Assembly (NCBI GenBank): GCA_951406725.2
Contig: OX597815.1
Coordinates: 32,612,001-32,676,000 of the forward strand
Origin: Octopus vulgaris
Taxonomy: Eukaryota
DNA: 64,000 bases
Reading direction: 5' to 3'
The translations under genes were made by a program, and so were the position numbers. Shown piece by piece: positions 1 to 13,553 of this stretch (position 1 is its first letter; the number at the start of each line of letters is the position of its first letter). A model generated the notes under the pieces. It was not told the DNA's origin. It worked only from the letters and a program-made list of their open reading frames with translations, and made no database searches.

Positions 1-871
1 ACAGACGTTAATCAATGTTGATGATGATGATATATGTATGTTTATATATGTGTATTTGTGCATACATGTGCATATCCATATACATGTGTATGAGCTGTGT
101 TTAGATGCAATTTGTGTTGTAGTGTTATGTTGTGTATGCATGTGAATATGTGCATTATAACTATTAGTGTGTGTGTGATAGGGTTAGGGCTGTATGTGTA
201 AGTCTTAGTTGGTGTATTTCTGGACATATCGTGAGTGTGATACAAAAGGGTTTTAGAATCTCATTGTGTATGAGTGTGTGCACGTATGTGTGTGTGTGTG
301 AAGTATATATTTATGCTGTTGGTAAGTGAGTGGGTAGAAAGATAGGTGCTTCTGAGCCAGTGTGTTTGTGTGTGTGTGTTTGGTTGTACATGCATTTATG
401 TGCATATGGGTTTGAGTGATGATGTGTGTGTTATAAAAGATTGAAGCACTTGAATCAGTTGAGGAGTGGAAAGTTTAAAGATGGAAAATGAATTCCTGTC
501 TGCCTTTGTGACCAGAATCTGGGGAACTGCTGACGAGGGCTACACCAAACATAGAGAGATACTGTATGTGAGTGAGTGATCCACAAAGCAAAAATAATGA
601 GTGATGAGGATGACATCACAAAAACAAAATATATATCTATTTCCATATTGTTGAGCAGTATAAGTTAAGGCATATGACCGGTCAGGTTGTTACCATAGGT
701 TTCACACCAAATATTACACGTGGAAATATTGATCACCCATTTTATATGTACTAAAATATAACTGGTCTATTTTTCATTGAATACCTATTTCTGACTTGCA
801 GACAACTAACTGAAAATATATGTATGTGTATGTGTGTCTATATACACACACACATACATACACAGATACTG

Positions 872-998
<127 letters not shown>

Positions 999-1247
999 TT
1001 GGACATGCAGACACATATGTCTGTGTCTGTGTGTTTGTGTGTCTGTAATGTGCAAGTGTCAAATATGAGTAAATATGAGTGGGAGGAAGGCGTGGTCTTC
1101 TGAGTTGTAACAAAATAACACACAGAATAGTGAGTCAAGGAGCTGCAAAACACAAGTAGTGTTACGTAATAAATACAACATCCCTCACCACTCGCTGCTT
1201 ATTCTTTATCATAATAGTGTGGTTAGGTGGGTCACAGTATGGGTTGT

Positions 1248-1282
<35 letters not shown>

Positions 1283-1724
1283 ACAGGTACAGCTGGGCTA
1301 TTTCAGCAGTTTTTTTGGGTGGGAGATCTCCTTCAGTGTTTAAAGGGCAAAGTCTGTGGGAGAGATAAAACTAATTTTGGTATCTTTTTTTTTTTTCATA
1401 TAATAACATGGTTTAAATATATAAGTGTGTGTGCGTATCTGTCTGTCTGTCTGTCTCTGTGTGTTTGTGTTGTTATATATATATATATGGTTGCAAGCAT
1501 GCATGTAAGTGTGTATTCATTTACTGGTTTCAGTCATTGGACTGTGGCCAAGCTGAGACACTACTTTCTAGGGTGTAGACAATTACATTATCATGCTTGC
1601 TAGATCATTGACCTTCCAAAAATGAAAGGCAAAAGTAGATCTCACGAATCAAAATATCAAGGAATGTAACTACAAAGGAATTTGTCCGACACTGTCCTGA
1701 TTTATCAGTCCTATGTGTGCCTGT

Positions 1725-2195
<471 letters not shown>

Positions 2196-2284
2196 AATAT
2201 TCTACACTACACAAACTATATATTAGCGTAGAATACTATAATCATAAATGATTATATATTGAATTTTGAGATACTAGAAGGCAC

Positions 2285-2780
2285 CAACTCAACTCAGTAT
2301 CAGAGCGAGCTAGAATCAACTAGTATCACCAAATTCAAAGTGTGAATGAAAAGATTGTGTCACCAGCCCCTTCCCACCCGCGTGTAGCAAAACAAGATGC
2401 TGTGGTCATCTACTGAGATAAAATATGGTTATCCGTAATAATGAAGGGTGAAATTAATTAATTTGGAATAATTATCAATTACACAAGTAGTCTTCGGTAT
2501 GTAAAAGCCTCATTCGAGGAAAATTTAAGTAATATTAAGCAATAAAGGGTTTAGCAACGATTGCCTTACACAGACGAATTTAGAAATAGCAGTCAAAGAG
2601 TTATAGCTATTTCTTCTACTAAAGGAGATCTCAGTAAAAACACAGCAATTGGAAGGCAGACACAAACAGGTAAGAGAGAATGAATTGACGGCAATCTATC
2701 ATACAATTTTAAGTTATCTACGGACGCACGTTTCGAAATCAAGTTTTAGGAAAGCATAAGATTAAATATTAAATAATTCT
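2285..2780 (-). mobile_element. Probable terminal (pLTR-like) fragment of a Penelope-like element
   Basis: Minus strand has CGAAACGTGCGTC (~2723-2736), the 3' half of a minimal type I hammerhead typical of PLE termini; bounded by microsatellites. No ORF support. Confidence 0.35.
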
Positions 2781-2800
2781 ATACATACATATATATACAT

Positions 2801-2843
<43 letters not shown>

Positions 2844-3099
2844 ATTAAGATTCTGTTGCATTAGGTACTTAAATTGAGGTACCTTGTTAGGTCGATATAA
2901 TCCACACACCCAAACAATATCAATTGAATACTGAATATCAAGACTCTATGCAGGGGTGTTTGCACCTGACATTCCTGCCATGTGTGCAGACAATGCAACC
3001 CAGCTAGGTGAAGATATCCACTCTAGGTAATTCAGACAAGTACTTTTTATAAAGGTACTTTATTTCCAAAGTGCAGATTCCAGGTTAGGTGAATAAGAT

Positions 3100-3465
3100 A
3101 CAAGTGAGTTACAAAGATGCACAGGTGTCAGTTCATTATGGCCATTTCAAGTGACCCTTTAGTCGATTTAATGAAAACATTACATCATTTGAAAGAAACC
3201 ATTCTTGTGAGATGACCACATCGACATCAAACATGAAGAATCTGCCACAAATATGACAAAAGAAACAGTGTAAATATTTCGAGTTCCATTGTTGATGTAA
3301 ATATGTTAAGGAAATGGTTGTATCCTTTATATTTGAAGTCTATGTGGTCATCTGATGAGAATGGTTTCTTTCAAATGATGTAATGTTTTCATTAATCAAT
3401 TAAAATAGTCGCTTGAAACAGCCAAAATGAATTGACACCTGTACAGCTTTGTTACTCATTTACAT
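3100..3465. mobile_element. MITE/foldback element with ~140-bp terminal inverted repeats
   Basis: ~3100-3240 (ACAGGTGTCAGTTCATT...AAACATTACATCATTTGAAAGAAACCATTC) is the reverse complement of ~3325-3465. Confidence 0.85.
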
Positions 3466-3468
3466 TAT

Positions 3469-3505
<37 letters not shown>

Positions 3506-3525
3506 TAAAAGAGTTGGTGTGTGAA

Positions 3526-3558
<33 letters not shown>

Positions 3559-3949
3559 TATATTATAAAAGGGGCTGGTTTATGGGTTTACCCTGGGTTT
3601 CTCGCTCATAAGGGGTTTAGCCTTACAGCATATCCTCAGACCCCAAACACTGCTGGCCTAAGACCTCTTCAAAATATGGAGCTGGGAAATGCCTTTCTAT
3701 AAAAGTAAACACTAGGTTATTATCTCCCTTTGCCATTGGTCATCAAGCTTTGGCTGCACTTCCACCTTGCAGTCACCGAAGAACTATGAAGGTAAACGAT
3801 TGTCTCCCCTTGGCCTTGGCTATTGGATTCTGGCTGCAGTGTTGCCTTGTGGATTCCAAAATGCCACCAGGTATCTTCTAAAATGCAAACATGACCCATA
3901 AATCTCCATTCGAGTTCAGAATGCTCCCTGGCACAATAAAGTCTTTTAG

Positions 3950-4230
3950 TTTTCTTGTGCATTCAGCAATGCATAATTGAGTTCTTGAGTATTTTCCATG
4001 CAATTGAGAATGGTATCCCTTAATTACCTTAATTATCTTAATTACCAGATATGTCTGGCCAGCGATGTTACATATCTCCTTTCCTGGACTCTGAAGGAGG
4101 ACAAATGATTGGGAAGATGCTGTTTAAGAGAATTCCCAGTGCATCCCACATATTTCTGTGGACACGTGATGTTGGTGCACCTATTGTTGTTGTGGGTGCT
4201 GCTGTTGTTAGTGCTGTTGTTGTCCATCTT
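3950..4230 (-). mobile_element. Penelope-like element remnant, GIY-YIG endonuclease region (pseudogenised)
   Basis: ORF 4042-4227 reads KYVGCTGNSLKQHLPNHLSSFR...TSLARHIW, then GIPFSIAWKILK (3981-4020); this matches the PLE GIY-YIG pattern YIG.T...FK.R..NH..SF...TSLS..IW...F.I.W.I. Confidence 0.8.
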
Positions 4231-4535
4231 TGAACTTCTTTCCTTTATGATCTCAAATGTAAGATTTCTTCCCTGAAAATGGGGCTCATCTCATCCTATG
4301 TATGTATCCATACAACCACATTCTCTGATGGAATTAATCTACAAACATTATCATGGATTGCCGAGCCACCAGAAACATCTGTTGGATTTGTAATAGCTTT
4401 CTTCCACCCATTTAATTTTCTATATCATTTGTACTCTAAGTTGAACCTTTTTATATGTATACATATATACATATTTTGTATTTCATGTATTTAATATACT
4501 TTATATATTGGTCTGTTCTAATTTGCTTATCCCAC

Positions 4536-5092
4536 ATTTGCTTCTATACCCGCTCAAGTGTATTCTATATGGAGAACATCTGGATCTCATCTATGAGCTA
4601 TATATAAATGTATATGCTCAAAGTCTATGTAGAGATAGTACCCTTCACTGTATGATGCACAATATATAGCTTCTCCTCAGATATTGGTCTTCATACTCCA
4701 AGGGGAAAGAACTGAGCCTCTGATTTATTAGCCAGACTAAAGTCTGCATGAAGAGACCTTGCTCCCACTGATGTGGCCAAATCTAGAGCAGCATACCTAA
4801 AAAAAACCCCCAAAAACCCAAGTTCTCAATAGCAAATCAAGTAGATGAAAACCTATGATTCCAATGACTGAACTGGTGAAAGAAGACAATACCAGACAGA
4901 CTGCCTATGAAGGCACAGTCTGTTGTAGTTTCATTGTCTAATCCAGGATGTTACATTTTCATGTGATGCAGAGGATGTCTTCAAGATCACAGTTTGTTAG
5001 TCACTGCCTGTTGGGATTTACACTAATCAAAACTAAGCCACTGGTATTACTTCATCGAAGAAAGAAATACTTAGAAAGAAGGTGAAGCTGAC

Positions 5093-5150
<58 letters not shown>

Positions 5151-5195
5151 ATGTATGTATGTATGTATGTATGTATGTATGTATGTATGTATGTA

Positions 5196-5266
<71 letters not shown>

Positions 5267-5712
5267 TTAGTATGATTTGCGTAAAACCTCGTAATGTGCA
5301 TTTGAGAGCTCCTATACCATTATTGGCGATCACATGTCACTCTACAGCAGAATATTTGCCAAGGCTAGATAAACTTGTGGAACTCTGCTGTTGTATAGAA
5401 TTAATATAAGAATAATATAAATCAGAAATGGAAGGTACCAGGCTTTAATAGCAAATTGCAACATTTGTTTCTGCTCCAGACACCAGCTTTAAGTTGTTAG
5501 GTTTACAATTATATATCATTATATAAGATTATTCTTTATAATTACTATTTGCTTCTATACCCACTCAAGTGTATTCTATACAGAGAACATCTGGATCTCT
5601 TCTATGAGCTATATATAAATGCATATGCTCAAAATCTATGTAGAGATAGCACCCTTCACTATATGATGCACAATATATAGCTTCTCTTCAGATATTGGTC
5701 TTCACACTCCAA
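4536..5712 (+). repeat. 166-bp dispersed direct repeat (4536-4701 and 5547-5712)
   Basis: Manual alignment gives about 10 substitutions and no indels. Confidence 0.95.
5096..5266. repeat. (TA)n-(TATG)n-(TG)n microsatellite
   Basis: Directly visible. Confidence 0.97.
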
Positions 5713-5719
5713 AGTAATT

Positions 5720-6300
5720 GGTCATGTTCAGGGAAATCTTATATAATCATTATATGTTCTTATATAATGACGTATAAATATAAATTCATTAACACAGAAA
5801 TCAAGGTTTTTTTTTAAGTGATAGTTTCTCCATCAAATATGTTGATAATTTCCTCATTTATAGAATCAACAGCATTATAGGTACAGTTAGTTTTGCTTGA
5901 TCTGTGAAGCTTGAAGGAATTAGCAGGTTGCCAAAAACCTAATTTATCATTTCACATTCGTTTGATACAAACTTGAAACTGCTTGGAGCTCCATCTTGAC
6001 ATCAGAATCCAACATAAAATAAAAAATCAAACTCTTGATTCTGTAGTTTTAACTGATGTAAGTTTCTTTTTCATAACTTTCTTCTGAAATGAAGGATTAA
6101 TCATGACAGCAAATCTGCCAGTTTTCATTAAGATAAGAAGTATTAGTTGAAAATCCCCAAGAAACATTATGATCTTGCCATCAAAAGGTATATAATTTTG
6201 CTAAAGAACATGAAATGTGTGATCAACAGCTTTATTCTTATACCTCAATGTCTATGATACGTCAACCCAAAAGATGGAACTACAATCTCAAGTTATTTTT
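5720..6300 (-). mobile_element. Helitron Rep/Hel PIF1-like helicase remnant
   Basis: Minus-strand KAVDHTFHVL*QNYIPFDGKIIMFLGDFQLIL (6138-6233) resembles AVD.TL.D....PFGGK...GDFRQILP. NAVDSINEEIINIFDGETIT (5817-5876) resembles N..VD.IN..I...PGE. Stops and frameshifts present. Confidence 0.75.
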
Positions 6301-6489
6301 GCTTGTTTGTTGTTGATATCAATACTGTAAACCAAGTCCTTCTCATTGCAAACTGAAGTATGGAAAGTTGAAATAAGAGTAGACCGTTTTTGTAGAATAT
6401 TTAAGCCAGTCATGTAGGTGCAGCTTGGGGAGACCTATTGAGTCAAGTACATCAACATCAAAATATAAATCAAATGGAAATTGTAGTTG

Positions 6490-6815
6490 TGATACCCATG
6501 CCGGTGGCACGTAAAAAGCACCAGCCAAACGTGGCTGATGCCAGCACTGCCTTGACTGGCTTCTGTGCTGGTGGCACGTAAAAAGCACCAACCGATCATG
6601 GCCGTTTGCCAGCCTCCCCTGGCACTTGTCCTGGTAGCACGTAAAAAGCACTCACTACACTCACGGAGTGGTTGGCATTAGGAAGGGCATCCAGCTGTAG
6701 AAACACTGCCAGATCAGTCTGGACCTTTGTGCAGCCTCCTGGCTTCCCAGTTGAACTGTCCAACCCATGCTAGCACAGAAAACAGCTGTTAAACGATGAT
6801 AATGATGATGATGAT
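6490..6815 (+). mobile_element. RTE-LINE 3' tail / RTE-tailed SINE with three tandem GGCACGTAAAAAGCAC modules and (GAT)n tail
   Basis: Same sequence as the 3' UTR following the RTE ORF at 55.9-56.1 kb; GGAAGGGCATCCAGC core; ends in GATGATGAT. Confidence 0.85.
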
Positions 6816-7686
6816 GTAGGTGCAGAAGTAGGGGTAGATGATTCACATAATCTTGTGCATGCTCATTAAGCATTCAACTGAATGTGTTTTTTGGGAGTCA
6901 CCAAAAACCATCAGTAAAGAAAGCATTTAAACTTAGATTGCTGTTCTATATGACATCACTAGCATCATGTACATAAAAATTTTGTTTTATTAAAATATTT
7001 TCTTGACTTTCATATTATTTGGATGCTTAATTAAGATGAATTTGTACACATGTATGTTTTAGTTGTTTATTTCTTAACCTCCTTTATATTTTTTTAATCA
7101 TCATCATCAACAACAACAGGCAAAGTGAAAGCAGGCACACTCATCTATGTTCATTATATATTTATGATTGCATTTGTGTGTATGCATGTGGTATGCATGT
7201 GCACACAGGCATATGTGTGTGTATATATGAGTTTGTGTATAACTCAGGTGTCAAAAGTATGTTGTTACTCTAAGTTCAATGTTTTTTTTTTTTTTTTTTT
7301 TTGTTGGCATCAGTTCTCAGTAGGTCGTTAGAGATGTCTTGAGATGAGAATTTCTTGTGTATCTGATGTCTGTTGCTGATCCTCCAGAGGTGATCTGCTG
7401 AAAGGAATTACCATTTTGAGGGCAAGAGATTTGCAAATCAGTGATAACAGGTATCTCTAATTGTTCATCATTAGGAGGCTGCAGTTGATGATCTTTTACT
7501 ATAAACAACTTTATATTTTGAAAGAATCTTAACAAGCTAAGATTCAAAGAGCAATATCTGATCTGAGATCTGAGGATAATATCAAAATGAACAAATCTTG
7601 AAACTGAGACACAGAACAGGTTCCAAATGTTTTGGCATTAAATAGGTAGCTATTAAATTCCTCACCAGACTCAATAAGACCCATCT

Positions 7687-7885
7687 TTAACCCTTTAGTG
7701 TTTAAACCAGCCATATTCAACCCAAATATTCTACCTATTTTATGTTCAACAGGCCTGATCTAGCTTCTCATACATATCCTACAAAGTCATTCTAAAAATA
7801 TACTATCACATCATCAAAATGTCAAAGCTACAAAGTAATGCATGATTAATTCAAAATGATGTGAATAGATAAGCTTTATATTTGG
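7687..7885 (+). mobile_element. Truncated TTAA/piggyBac-type MITE
   Basis: Starts TTAACCCTTTAG; homologous to 14389-14599 and 59587-59794. Confidence 0.65.
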
Positions 7886-8324
7886 AGAAGGTTGGAGAGG
7901 TAAGGCCAAGTGCGGCAGCATGGGTAGGAGCAGAGGAACAAGCCAGGTTGGGAGTGGGACCAGTGAAACTTGAGAATATTTGGGCCTCAATGTAGCCATG
8001 TATATGTATTAAGTGTTGAACAGACAGAACACAACAAGGTGAAAAAGTGAGATGAAATCAGAACAAATGGGAAACTAGGTGAAAACTTACTTAATGGATG
8101 GGAAATATAGACAAAGACATGATACACGGAATATATGCAGCTCAGTTTTACTCATCAGCTAATGATCCAAAATATCATAGTGGTTTCATGCCATTACCAT
8201 TGAGACTACTCAATCTTGGAGATGCCAGTGCATTAAGCTACTGGGAAAAAGCTAGCAAATGTATACTAAGACAAAGAATTATATAACAGCACAAAGCTCT
8301 ACAACTATATACAACAGAAGAAAA

Positions 8325-9196
8325 CAGGGTGCAATTGGTAAATTGTTGCCATTTTATATTTTCATAAATGCGCATTGTTTGTTTTTCATTTTGACGACTA
8401 CACAGTATAGTAGGGTCAGTTGGACACTCAGTATGAAAAACAGCCTCATGACGCAATTCACTCTGCCAGAAATTTGGAAACAACATGCTGTATAGCTTGG
8501 CATTCATGCCAGAAGCTCCAATGCAAACATTTCAGAGTGTTTGGGTGTCAATCTGAAGACAGTGCAATCTGAGGACATGTACTGATAGTGATAAAAATCA
8601 AACATCCAGTCAACATCATGGTACGTGAAGAGATCACTAGTGATGGCGACATGAGGCCTCCATTCATCTTCCCACTTGGACTCAGAGCCAACAGAGGCCT
8701 ACATCAAGTGTCTGGAGGAGGTAGCGGTGTCCAGGGTCAAGAGGGTGGCTGCTGGAAGACCCTATGTTTTGCAACAGGATTCTGCACCATGCCACATAAG
8801 CAGGAGAACCCAGCCATGGCTGTCAGACAATTTCTGCAACTACATCACCCCTAACATCTGGCCACCTAACTCTTCAGACTGTAACCCCCTTGATTATTGT
8901 GTGGAATGCAGTTGAACGAGAGACCAACAAAACTCCTTGTAATACCAAAGATGAACTGAAGGCAAGGATTATGGCAGCATTCCCCAACTTAAACAAGGAG
9001 TGCATTGAGAAGAGTTGCAGGAGATTCTGAAGCCATCTAGTGGCTGAAGTCAATGGCGCTTTTATTGAATAAATTTACTCTTTAGTATTTCAAGATATTT
9101 TTTATGCAATTTTGGTAAATATATCTGTTCAAATGAGACATCAGTGTTATTTTTATTTTCATGTAATTTAGATGACAGTTTATTCACCACACCCTG
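8325..9196 (+). mobile_element. Internally deleted Tc1/mariner transposon, DD37D (maT) family
   Basis: Degenerate TIRs CAGGGTG.../...CACCCTG-TA. ORF 8676-8915 has QQDSAPCH...WPPNSSDCNPLDY with exactly 37 residues between the last two Asp. Confidence 0.85.
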
Positions 9197-9217
9197 TATA
9201 TATGTGTGTGTGTGTGT

Positions 9218-9607
9218 TCTTTTACTCTTTTATAAGTTTCAGTCATTTGACTGCAGCCATACTGGAGCACCACTTTGAAGGGTTTTAGTCAAACAAATCG
9301 CCCCTAGGACTTATTTTTTTAAAGCCTAGTATGTATTCTATTGGTCTTTTTTGCCAAACTGCTAAGTTATGGGGATGTTAACACACCAACATCAATTGTC
9401 AAATGGTGATGGGAGGAGGGGAGATAATTACAGACCCAAAGACACACACATATGATGGGCTTCTTTCAGTTTCCATCAACCAAATCCACTCACAAGGATT
9501 TGGTTGGCCCAAGGCGATAGTAGAAGATACTTGCTCAAGGTGCCACACAGCAGGATTGAACCCTGAACCATGTGGTTAGGAAGCAAGCTTCTTACCACAC
9601 AGCCATG
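9218..9607 (-). mobile_element. tRNA-derived SINE, family A (near full length)
   Basis: Minus strand starts TGGCTGTGTGGTAAGAAGC (A box) ... GGGTTCAATCC (B box). Homologous copies at 13552-13690, 14762-14875, 22905-23075, 23420-23810, 39380-39510 and 58775-59100. Confidence 0.85.
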
Positions 9608-10873
9608 TATATATGTATGTATGTATGTGTATATATATATATATATTACCTATAGTGTAATATATATATATATATATATATATTACCTAAGTGTAAGCAG
9701 TGTAAAAATGGTTAAGTATGTCTACACACACAGACAGATATGCAGTAAGAAAATATTAAAATATCCATGAATATTCAAAAAAAAATTATTGAGTAACACA
9801 TTAGCACAAATTTCTAAATTTTTTCTTTTCTGTCCCATATCCTAAATATCCAGACTGGAAAGTATTGACTTTCTTCAGTAAATTACATCCATTTTATATT
9901 ATATTTATTCTGGTTTCCCAAATTCCAATGCTTCTAGATGCAATGTTATAGTGGAGTCAACAATAATGTTCTTCAAATATACACATTGTAGCAGTATTGT
10001 CTCTTTGACTTATTGGCAATTAGAAAATGTTACTAATATATTAAAGTGTTGCCTGACACCAGATCATCAAATGCCTGTTCACTAATGCTTCTCTCTTGTC
10101 TTCCCACATATATTTTTTGTTGTTTTTTGCAATACTTTATTCTATAAAAGTAATGGCTTTTTAGAACCAGTTTGTATATTTTATCAGGGCATATAACATA
10201 AGGAGTGTGCATACATGTACGCGTGGGTGTGTGTGACCGTATGCATGCAATTATGTCTGAATATTGTTGTTTAATCCCAGGTCAGTCCCAATTGAGCAAC
10301 CCTATAATCAAAAATTTGCCATCTTTGACCTTCCTTTTTTGTTTTGGAATATCAGTGATCACATAATCTAATACAGCTTTCCATATTTAAGATGGAAGGG
10401 CATGACTGAGGAAGATTTGGTTGTTATTTCTAGTATGGGAAATGACCACTTGGAGACTTGCTGTCAACTTGTGACATAACAGAGTAGAGACTTTGCAGGA
10501 CTATGTTGAGAGTTAAGGTAAAATTAAGCTAAAGTAAAATTAAGAAAATTGGATGTTAACTGATGTTCACATGATAAAAGTTGTGATAAAGTCTGAATAC
10601 CCTCTCCCCCATGCCTGTTCAGCCACGCCCATCACTATCCAATAGCAAATGAGGGTAGCCCTTCTGAAAAGCAATGTATATTATTTTCTTCTTCAAAGTT
10701 AATACTTTCTGACAGAGAAAGTTTTGTTGTTAAGACTGAGAGATGTTGAAACGAATGCTGGTTTCCATTGCATGGGCATTTGACAAATGCTATTTAGAAA
10801 TTAACAAATAAGGCAGCCATCAGACATCTGAGTGCATGAAAGCACACTAACACAAACACACAAATACACACAT

Positions 10874-10907
<34 letters not shown>

Positions 10908-12039
10908 GCAGACATGTGCACACGCACACACAACCACTATAGCTAGTTGCCCCCTTCAAGGTTGCCTGGAAAAAAGACATGAATTTATTGATATAGAACT
11001 AAACTTGACACAAAAGTAAACTTGAGACTTGATGCTTCCAAGTTAGAGCTCTGTCAGAACCAATTTAAATCTTTCTTTTATGTGGATTCTATAATATAAA
11101 GCATATTAATTATACTGAGGAAAGGAACTGATGTAGCCAATTATAAAATTGACACAAAAATAAATAGTCGAATACATAGAGGCTATGGCTTATCTACTAA
11201 TAAAACCAGTCGGTTTTAATTTATTAAGAATTTAACTGTGGCTTATTATATATGGTTTCAGACTTGTAAGAGTAGAAGAAAGAGCTGTTGGGACAGTTAT
11301 GCTTTCACACAGGAAATTTGTAATATAAATGAAATCAAATAGTAATTTGGAATGTAAATTGAATCACAGTATGAACTTATTGAGAATATATCTTTATGGT
11401 GTTAGACACTTATTTATCAATTAATAGAATACACAGATGATCGGAAGAAGAGAATTTCAGATAAGGCTTTTCCCTCCCTCTCCGTCTCATTCCCTTCTTT
11501 CCTTCTGTATTCTAACCAGTAACAGAATGACTAGTATTCACCATCTCCCTGTGCCACACCTTTCTCTGCTGCTATCGTTTACTTACCAAAGCATTAAGCA
11601 TTAAATGTAATGGAGAAGCAAGCATACTATTGAAAGTAATATCAAACCCTTTTTTTTTTTTAATAGAAACTAAACTGTATAATGTTTGGTTCTCAGCATG
11701 CTGAAGTTAAGGTTTGCATTATTAATAAAGAGTTTGCTGAGTTGGGCTGTCACTAGTCTTTGACTGAGCTACAGTTTCCTCATTCTTCATAGTGCTACTG
11801 TCTAGCTTTGCTGTCTCTGACTTTAAACAGCTGTTGTGTTCTATAAATATATTATTCAGTCAGTCATTCATTCATTGAATGTTGAACGTCATTCTCTAAA
11901 AACCTATCTGAATGCTGACTAATGCAATCCATCAACCATGTGAAACAATGAACAGATAGCCTATAGCGTGAAGAAGCAGACAGTAAGATATCTCAGCTAT
12001 TCTTCCAGACTGGTTTCTACCTCATGTATACCATCAATT

Positions 12040-13510
12040 TAACAAAGAACAAAGTACTTGTCAGTAGGAAAGCAGACAAATTGTTGGTCCTTTAGGGGAA
12101 ATGGCCCTGCTCAAAATATAAAAAGGATGTAAATAGAAATTCCATATGGTGTAGCCCATGCAGGTTATGGGCATATAAGAGGTGCAGTGGAATCACAAGC
12201 AGGTTGACAGAAAAAGTAGTCTTTGACTTTGGCAGATGTGCAGATACAATAAACACTTAGAACATATAGAAAATAGATTTCCTCAAATGTCCAGGAGGAT
12301 ACTTAGAAGAAGCAGTAGATATCTAAGTGATCAAATTAACAGTGGAGAAGGATGCTCTGAAAGCATAGTTGCTAGAATAAGAACTGGCTGGGCAAAGTTC
12401 AAAAGTTATTGCTTTGTTGGTAATAAAGGGCCTCTCCTGCAGAGCAAAAGATGGAATGATTACAGGCAGATAACCTGTTTACAGACAGCTATGCTACATG
12501 GCAATGAAACATGGGCTGTGAATGCAAAGAGCACATGAAGGCTTGAAAGAAATAAAGTCAGCATTCTCTGCTGGATGTGCAATGTCAGTGTGCATATATG
12601 GTAAAGTGTAAATATTTTGAGAGAAAAATTGGGTATAAGAAGCATCAGTGTGCAAGAGAGAATATTGCACTTGTATGGTTATGTGATGTATATGGATAAA
12701 GACAGTTGCATAAAGAAGTGTCAATCTCTAAATGTGGAAGGAATCTGAAGAAGAAGAAGAAGAAAATCTGATGAAGTGAGAATTGATCTTCAGATACTGA
12801 GCTTCACATAGGAAATGACAAAGAACTGAAGTGATTTGCTGTGCTTGAGAAGACCTGTCCAGCTGAGTAATATTGAGGCCATAAAGGCAAGTTCTTTATG
12901 TCTACTACTCCCCCCACCCATGGAACACATCCTGTCTCTGATAAACCTCTTCCCCACATTCCATCGTCCCAACAACCCCTTATCCCCACCTGTGTTCACC
13001 ATTCACTGTATTCCTCACCCCTCTATTTCCTACTCTCCCTCTCAAACCTACCTGCATACAATATCTCTTCTGTACAATTATAACCTCCTAATACCTCCTC
13101 CCACTACCTATGCCCATTCTCTACACTCCCATCCCTCTCCCACTCTCCTTTCGCAATCTTGCAAACTTACCCACACCACTCACCCTCTTCTATCCCCAGT
13201 CCACTTCACTTCACACACCTCCCAGTAACTTGGGTGTGCCACCCCATCACATCTTCACCATCTTATCTCTCTCCTCTCTCTCCACCTGAGGTAATCATGT
13301 TTCTTCTTTACTGCAAGACACCCATTTCTGTCCCTCAACACCACTCAGTTTCAGGAGTTGTTGTCTTAGTTACCTGGTGACTTTACTGCTGCTAGTGCCA
13401 CATAAAAAGCATCCAATCCACTCTGCAAAGTGAAGGGCATCCAGCTGTAGAAACCATGCTAAGGCAGACAATACAGCTTAGTACAGTCTTCTAACTTTCC
13501 AATTCCTAAC
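12040..13510 (+). mobile_element. RTE-clade LINE, 5'-truncated and decayed (post-RT C-terminus plus 3' UTR)
   Basis: RYLSDQINSGEGCSESIVARIRTGWAKF and AMLHGNETWAV motifs (ORF 12236-12538). C/T-rich spacer, then a TGCCACATAAAAAGCA...GAAGGGCATCCAGCTGTAGAAAC tail. Confidence 0.85.
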
Positions 13511-13514
13511 CCCC

Positions 13515-13553
<39 letters not shown>

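Noticed and set aside
455-646. Possible exon or Helitron motif (SLYVWCS resembles QLYVACS)
   Set aside because: Only one short motif; candidate splice frames contain stops.
3352-3400. CTGATGAG hammerhead-like core
   Set aside because: No GAAA box after a stem II; it is part of a MITE TIR and the other arm differs at this site.
6893-6905. Second PBS-like TGGTGACTCC on the minus strand
   Set aside because: No adjacent LTR or gag; likely chance.
8091-8240. 150-bp minus-strand segment with good acceptor (TTTTCCCAG) and donor (GTAAGT)
   Set aside because: Stops in all three frames; a non-coding exon cannot be excluded but is unsupported. Its CTGATGAG also lacks a GAAA partner.
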